DNA of 64,000 bases, from assembly GCA_028279065.1 (NCBI GenBank), contig JANQSY010000190.1:22653-86652 (forward strand). Reading direction: 5' to 3'. This DNA comes from Cytophagales bacterium (GTDB taxonomy: Bacteria > Bacteroidota > Bacteroidia > Cytophagales > CCMP332). Below the pieces are notes generated by a model, which saw only the letters and a list, made by a program, of their open reading frames with translations, ran no database searches and had not been told where the DNA came from. A program made the translations under genes and the position numbers. This document shows positions 58,995-64,000 of this stretch, piece after piece (the first letter of the stretch is position 1; every line of letters starts with the position of its first letter).

Positions 58995-59563
58995 GCTTTT
59001 TTCTTCGAAAACCACCAAGATACGAAGGAGGCGACAATGGCAGCTCCATAGAAGTAAATCCCGGTTGCCGGAAGAGAAATTGCGGTAAAGTTGATTATGT
59101 CCTTTTTTCCGATCAACGGAGGTTGAAAAGAGGCACCTGGGAACTTGATCGGGGCGTGGGGATCAAGATTATGGCCGTAATCATACTCCCACAAGTAGAA
59201 GTCATAAACTCCAAGACCTGCCAGGACGATCAATAGTATTCCAAAAGCAAGGAATAGATTTCTTTTATTGACCAGTGCAAGGATCACTCCCAATACACTT
59301 AAGCCTATGACTATAAAAGGAAAGTATGTCAATTCAGGAATGCTATCAGGTTCAATAGGTTTCATTCCTACATAGTGATTCAAAATGTTGACATTTTGAA
59401 GTGTTCCGGGTTCTGTTCCTCCGATCTTATTTAAGTAGATCAGCATGGTCACTCCACTGGGGTATTGGGGAGCGATCAAAATGATCTTCCAGATAGGAAA
59501 AGCAAAAATGACGAGCAGCAGGAGGCTGCCCACCAGCATCAAAATTTTCGGAAAGTGTTTCAT
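58991..59563 (-). CDS. 4-TM membrane protein in the position of the clade II nos accessory protein NosB
   Basis: 190-aa ORF with about four hydrophobic spans and two predicted periplasmic loops. It lies immediately downstream of nosZ and upstream of nosL. The assignment rests on position and topology only. Confidence 0.55.
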   Translation of the reverse strand: MKHFPKILMLVGSLLLLVIFAFPIWKIILIAPQYPSGVTMLIYLNKIGGTEPGTLQNVNILNHYVGMKPIEPDSIPELTYFPFIVIGLSVLGVILALVNKRNLFLAFGILLIVLAGLGVYDFYLWEYDYGHNLDPHAPIKFPGASFQPPLIGKKDIINFTAISLPATGIYFYGAAIVASFVSWWFSKKKA

Positions 59564-59587
59564 TAGTTTAAAGAGAAATGGAGGGGT

Positions 59588-59611
59588 CTGCGGGCACCTT
59601 CGTGCCCACAG
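59588..59611 (-). promoter_or_regulatory. intercistronic GC-rich stem-loop between nosZ and the downstream accessory genes
   Basis: CTGCGGGCAC-CTTC-GTGCCCACAG gives 6 bp, one mismatch, then 3 bp. No U-tract follows on the minus strand. Confidence 0.4.
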
Positions 59612-59676
59612 CCCTTCCGGTTAGGAAAAATCAAAGAGAAAACTCCAAATCCAGGAGAACATTCCTAACTATCTTT

Positions 59677-61656
59677 CTAGGGAGCGCTTTCCCCTAGACC
59701 CCAGGCCAGATCAACATTAGCTCCGGCGGGGGAGATCCTTATGTATCCTTGCATTTCCTGATGCAGAGCAGAGCAGAAATCTGTGCAGTAGAAAGGATAC
59801 ACACCCACTTTGGTCGGCTTCCACAACAGGGTTTCGGTTTGACCCGGCATGATCAAAAGCTCGGCATTATTTGCCCCCATTACGGAAAATCCGTGTGGCA
59901 CGTCCCAATCCTGCTCAAGATTGGTGACATGGAAGTAAACATTGTCTCCAACTTTCACCCCTTCGATATTATCCGGAGCGAAGTGACTTCGGATCGTTGT
60001 CATGTAAACGTGAACGTTATTTCCTTCTCTTTCAACCCTCGCATCCTTTTCACCCATGGCCCTGAAGGGGTGCTCATTTTCTTCCAGAGGATAGAACTTC
60101 TTAACATTTGGTTTTACCCTTCCTGCAGAGATACCTTGAGCGTAGTGAGGCTCTCCTTGAGTTGGGAAATCCATTAAGAGTTTCATTTTATCACCTGAGA
60201 TGTCATAAAGCTGAGCAGAATGGCAAAGTTCTGGTCCGGTGGGAAGGTAACGATCCTTAGTGATCTTGTTCAGAGCAACCAGATATTTGCCTTCAGGGCT
60301 TTTGGAATCTCCACCGGGGATCATGATATGACCAACCGAATAGAAGGTGGAAGCCTTGTCCAAAACCTCCCAGGTTCCTACTTTCCATTTCACAACCTCT
60401 GAAGTGATAAAGAAAGAGGTATAGGCATTTCCTTTATCATCGAATTCGGTGTGCAATGGACCGAGACCTGCATCTTTTACAACACCACCAACCACTTCGT
60501 CAAACTTGAGGACCGGAACACCAGCAACTTCGTCTTCGAAAGATCCATTCTCAATGGCGGTCATCATTTTGGTAAATGAGTGAACTGTCAGGTCCGAGGA
60601 CAATTTTCCATTACCCACAATATACTCTCCGGTTGGATCAACATCTACACCATGTGGAGATTTTGGAGTTGGAAGGAAGTAAACCAATCCGGGGCAGTTT
60701 TCAGGAGTAAGGATCTTGACTTTGGTTTTGGTTTCCGAGAAAGCCATATGCTTTTTCTCGTCGTAATAATTACGCATGTACTGGGTTTCCATTTCCTCGA
60801 AGTTTCCAGAGGCAATGTATTCTTCTGCTTTCTTCCAGTTCACCGCGGCTATGTAATCCTTATCGTTTTGGGAAGCCTTGACCTCTAACAGGGTTGACTG
60901 CTCTTCAGTATTGTATGTGGTGAAAAAGGTCCATCCATGAGATTTTCCTTTTCCTGAGTGAGCCAGGTCATAGTCAAAGGCAGGAAGAAGAACCTGAAAT
61001 GCGATATCCATGGCTCCATTTTCTTCAACTTTTACAAAGGTCAAAGTCCCTTTGAAGTTCTCAGCATAAGAACTTATAGGGACATCTTGTTGTGGGAAGG
61101 GAACTCCGAACCTTGTTCCGGCAACTACGTATTCGGTGTTTTCGGTGGTGAAAGGAGAACTGTGGTTTCCACCGCTATTTGGGATCTCAATAATCTCAGC
61201 GGTTTCGAAGGTTGTGAGGTCAATCCTCGCAAGCCTGGGCGTATTGTTTCCATTGATAAAGATCCACCTTCCATCGGTTTCACCATTTGTTTGTGAAAGC
61301 TCCGGATGGTGAGAATCATCCCAGGGAACAAAACCATGAGAAGTATTCAATAGTGCCTTGGTCTCTTCATTGAAACCATATCCTTTTTCAGCATCTACGG
61401 AGAAGACCGGGATGATCCTTAGAAGTCTTCCCGACGGAAGTCCATGGACACCGATCTGACCGCTAAAGCCTCCGGACATAAAGGCATAGAATTCATCATG
61501 CTGTCCAGGTGGCACATAAACTTGGGAGGCTACATCAGAGGAGAGCATTCCTGCCTTCTGATTGTTTGAGCCCTGATTGTTACATGCTCCAAGGAACAAG
61601 CCTACCAATACAACGGCCCACAACCCCCTTGAGAGGAAGTTCAACGTACTTTTCAT
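59677..61656 (-). CDS. nosZ: nitrous-oxide reductase NosZ, clade II (Sec/lipoprotein signal, no twin-arginine motif)
   Basis: The beta-propeller body is followed by a C-terminal cupredoxin CuA site, FYCTDFCSALHQEMQGY. I chose ATG 61656, giving MKSTLNFLSRGLWAVVLVGLFLGAC (lipobox, no RR motif). The track start 61686 is TTG. Confidence 0.95.
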   Translation of the reverse strand: MKSTLNFLSRGLWAVVLVGLFLGACNNQGSNNQKAGMLSSDVASQVYVPPGQHDEFYAFMSGGFSGQIGVHGLPSGRLLRIIPVFSVDAEKGYGFNEETKALLNTSHGFVPWDDSHHPELSQTNGETDGRWIFINGNNTPRLARIDLTTFETAEIIEIPNSGGNHSSPFTTENTEYVVAGTRFGVPFPQQDVPISSYAENFKGTLTFVKVEENGAMDIAFQVLLPAFDYDLAHSGKGKSHGWTFFTTYNTEEQSTLLEVKASQNDKDYIAAVNWKKAEEYIASGNFEEMETQYMRNYYDEKKHMAFSETKTKVKILTPENCPGLVYFLPTPKSPHGVDVDPTGEYIVGNGKLSSDLTVHSFTKMMTAIENGSFEDEVAGVPVLKFDEVVGGVVKDAGLGPLHTEFDDKGNAYTSFFITSEVVKWKVGTWEVLDKASTFYSVGHIMIPGGDSKSPEGKYLVALNKITKDRYLPTGPELCHSAQLYDISGDKMKLLMDFPTQGEPHYAQGISAGRVKPNVKKFYPLEENEHPFRAMGEKDARVEREGNNVHVYMTTIRSHFAPDNIEGVKVGDNVYFHVTNLEQDWDVPHGFSVMGANNAELLIMPGQTETLLWKPTKVGVYPFYCTDFCSALHQEMQGYIRISPAGANVDLAWGLGESAP

Positions 61657-61809
61657 GGTAATAGGTGTTTTAGTTAGAAATCTCAAATGTCTTTGATCTT
61701 GAAGCGGCTAAAATTGAAAGACTACTTAGTAGGTAAAATGACCAAAATCATACCGCCCGATGAGGCTAATCAAAGGGCAAAAAACCTGTAAGGATCTATT
61801 TTGAAAAGC

Positions 61810-61817
61810 TATATTTG
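61810..61817 (+). promoter_or_regulatory. candidate Bacteroidota -7 promoter element (TAnnTTTG) for the cytochrome c gene
   Basis: TATATTTG is an exact match to the TAnnTTTG consensus, 22 nt upstream of the ATG at 61840. I found no convincing -33 TTTG at the canonical spacing. Confidence 0.35.
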
Positions 61818-61839
61818 AAGTAACAAACCAAATCGAGAT

Positions 61840-62313
61840 ATGTACCGGATAATCACTGTTTTAGCTGTTGTTTTTTTCATGTTCGCATGTTCCTCTGGGT
61901 CCGATTCTGAAGGGGGTTCTGACAAGGCGGATAAATATAAAGTAGAGACCAAAAGCACTGATGATGGCAAAGGTGTTGGGGAGGTGACAAGTGTATCATT
62001 GAATTCCCCACTCGATGCTGAAATGGTTGAGAATGGAAAAGCAATTTATGAGCTTAAATGTGCAGCTTGTCACAAACTTGATGATCAGAGAGTTGTTGGT
62101 CCCGGCTGGAAAGGTCTGACAGAGATCAGAAAACCTGAATGGATCATGAATATGATCACCAATGTTGATATTATGCTAGCAGAGGATGCTCAGGCCCAAG
62201 AGCTTCTGAAACAATGCCTGGTCAGAATGCCCAACCAAAACATCACGATCGAACAATCCAGGGATATACTTGAATTCATGTTTGCTAACGATGGACAGGA
62301 AGTAGGTTCCTGA
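61840..62313 (+). CDS. monoheme c-type cytochrome, lipoprotein (candidate electron donor to NosZ)
   Basis: 157-aa ORF with a lipobox (FMFAC). It has a single heme motif CAACH and a distal Met candidate in VRMPNQ. It is divergent from nosZ. Confidence 0.85.
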   Translation: MYRIITVLAVVFFMFACSSGSDSEGGSDKADKYKVETKSTDDGKGVGEVTSVSLNSPLDAEMVENGKAIYELKCAACHKLDDQRVVGPGWKGLTEIRKPEWIMNMITNVDIMLAEDAQAQELLKQCLVRMPNQNITIEQSRDILEFMFANDGQEVGS

Positions 62314-62314
62314 A

Positions 62315-63535
62315 ATGCTGAATAAAAAATGGATTTGGCTGCCAGCATTGAGTTTGATGCTGGCAGTTTTGTTTGGCACGCTGCTGAGGATGGCATTCGT
62401 TGTGGAGATCCCTGTGATGGATTATCGTAATGCGCTACATGCACATTCACATGTTGCAATGTTGGGCTGGCTTTTTCCAGCCTTATTCCTTTTCGCTTAT
62501 AACTCCTTTTATTCCGGGGTACCGGAAAGAAAAACCAGGCTTTTTCTATGGATGATTATGGCCACAATTATCCTTATGGCTGTTTCATTCTTTTTTTCAG
62601 GCTATTCTATCCCAAGCGGTGTATTTGCGGGTCTGCATGGAGCCGTATCCATTATTCTGGTAGTCAGTCTCCTGTTTAAGGAAAAGGAGGGAGGCTCGCT
62701 TTCCAGAATGTTCCTAAATGCCTCCTTGTTTTTTTACCTGCTATCCACTATTTCCGTATTCATTTTACCAGCCTTGGTTGCTGCCGGCGAGGGAGGATCG
62801 ATTCCCTATTATCTGACAATTCAGTTTTACCTTCATTTTCAATTCAATGGCTGGTTCATTTTTGCTGTATTTGCTTTGATCTTCAGGGATCTGGATAGAA
62901 AAGAAATAGCTTACTCACTGAAAAGTGGATCATATTTTTTCTGGTTTTTATTTGTTTCCTGCTTGTTGACCTTTGCCCTTGCTCTATCCTGGGCCACGCC
63001 CTTGAAGCCGGTCTTTTACATCAATAGCCTTGGTGTTCTGATCCAACTTCTATCCCTCTTTTTCCTTTCCAAAATTCTTTATGACAAGCAAAAGGAGTTC
63101 TTCGCAAACTATTCTGGATTCACACGTAACCTGTTCATGTTCAGTATGGTCGCTTTTTTCCTTAAGGTTATGGTACAATTCCTGGTCTGGGTTCCTGAGA
63201 TCGCCACCGTAGCCTATACCATACGCAACCTCGTAATAGGATTCTTTCATCTGGTACTGCTTGGAGTAGCCAGTTTGTTTGCTTTCGCTTATGCTGTTGA
63301 AAAGGAATATTTTTCTGTGGAAAAAAGGATCTCCTCCATTGGCCTTTGGGTATTTACTGCAGGTGTGATCCTAACAGAATTGATAATATTTGGTCAGGGG
63401 ATAATGTTCTGGGGCAATCTGGGTTTTTTGCCCGGTTATTATCATGTGTTGTTTTATTCCTCCTGCCTCTTCCCGGTTGGATTGGGACTTTTCCTTGTAG
63501 GTCAGATCGGCGTCAAAACCACTTCCGCATCTTGA
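62315..63535 (+). CDS. uncharacterised ~12-TM His-rich membrane protein (possibly NnrS-like)
   Basis: 406-aa ORF that starts 1 nt after the cytochrome c stop (TGAaATG). About 12 hydrophobic spans are present. Intramembrane His motifs include HAHSHVAMLGW, YLHFQFNGW and GFFHLVLLG. The family assignment is tentative. Confidence 0.8.
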   Translation: MLNKKWIWLPALSLMLAVLFGTLLRMAFVVEIPVMDYRNALHAHSHVAMLGWLFPALFLFAYNSFYSGVPERKTRLFLWMIMATIILMAVSFFFSGYSIPSGVFAGLHGAVSIILVVSLLFKEKEGGSLSRMFLNASLFFYLLSTISVFILPALVAAGEGGSIPYYLTIQFYLHFQFNGWFIFAVFALIFRDLDRKEIAYSLKSGSYFFWFLFVSCLLTFALALSWATPLKPVFYINSLGVLIQLLSLFFLSKILYDKQKEFFANYSGFTRNLFMFSMVAFFLKVMVQFLVWVPEIATVAYTIRNLVIGFFHLVLLGVASLFAFAYAVEKEYFSVEKRISSIGLWVFTAGVILTELIIFGQGIMFWGNLGFLPGYYHVLFYSSCLFPVGLGLFLVGQIGVKTTSAS

Positions 63536-64000
63536 GGAAGATGGTCATTCCCACCGCGATCGAAAACATGATCCCTAAAACAATGAAGTATGAGTATTTG
63601 TCATCCAGTTCCGGCATGTACTCAAAATTCATCCCATAGATCCCGGCTAAAAAGGTGAGTGGAATAAAGATGGAGGATACCACCGTAAGTGTTTTCATTA
63701 CCTGGTTCTGACGATGACCCTGCATGGTGAAAAACAGGTTGATGGAGCTCTCCAGCCTATGCTCAAATGATTCGATAGAATCTATGAGAAACTGGCATTG
63801 TTGCCGTAAGTCATGATAGTATTTTGCGTTCTTTTTATGTATCAAGCCCGATAGGCCCTTTTCCAGAAATGCTACAGTCTCGATCAATGGCCGTATGGAT
63901 TTTTTTATTTCAAAGAGCCTTTGGTTCAGGTTTTCCATACTTTTCATGGAAGCTGGGTCCGGATTCCAATCCCCCAGTCTGCTTTTCGAAAAGAAGTCCA
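63513..64000 (-). CDS. corA: CorA-family magnesium/cobalt transporter, C-terminal part (gene continues beyond the window end)
   Basis: The GMN signature (YGMNFEYMPEL) lies between two C-terminal TM helices. The frame remains open upstream of the track Met to position 63998 (DFFSKSRLGDWNPDPAS-MKSM...). Confidence 0.85.
   Translation of the reverse strand, partial: DFFSKSRLGDWNPDPASMKSMENLNQRLFEIKKSIRPLIETVAFLEKGLSGLIHKKNAKYYHDLRQQCQFLIDSIESFEHRLESSINLFFTMQGHRQNQVMKTLTVVSSIFIPLTFLAGIYGMNFEYMPELDDKYSYFIVLGIMFSIAVGMTIFLKMRKWF

Noticed and set aside
1-64000. I searched for CRISPR arrays, IS elements or transposases, integrases, prophage genes, restriction-modification systems, toxin-antitoxin pairs and other recognisable defence systems.
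   Set aside because: I saw no spaced direct repeats, no transposase-, integrase- or phage-like ORFs and no long terminal inverted repeats. Gene content is dense, mostly housekeeping and co-directionally packed.

Overview
This window looks like compact, mostly housekeeping chromosome from a Bacteroidota genome. Supporting signs are T9SS type A and type B C-terminal sorting domains, a b558-type sdhCAB operon, many lipoprotein signals, no Shine-Dalgarno sequences and a TAnnTTTG-type -7 box. I call about 58 protein genes, one tRNA-Leu(CAA) and a few rho-independent terminators. I found no rRNA, CRISPR array, IS element, integrase, prophage or recognisable defence system. The most notable locus is a complete clade II (Sec/lipoprotein-type) nitrous-oxide reductase cluster at about 55.8-61.7 kb: nosZ, a NosB-like TM gene, nosL, nosD, nosF and nosY. 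It is flanked upstream by a divergent lipoprotein cytochrome c coupled to an uncharacterised 12-TM His-rich membrane protein, and downstream by a co-directional TonB-dependent receptor. These two flanking genes are my best candidates for undescribed accessory functions, namely electron input and copper supply. Other points worth a second look:
- a 1040-aa transporter-like/HEAT/cNMP-binding fusion next to a sensor PP2C phosphatase
- a G9 homopolymer inside a T9SS adhesin gene
- a GNAT gene interrupted by one in-frame TAG
- a convergent pair of small secreted paralogs
- an arsC-aquaporin pair with an ATGA overlap
- a structured intergenic element beside the tRNA
All functional calls rest on motifs read by eye from the translated ORFs. 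No database search was run.
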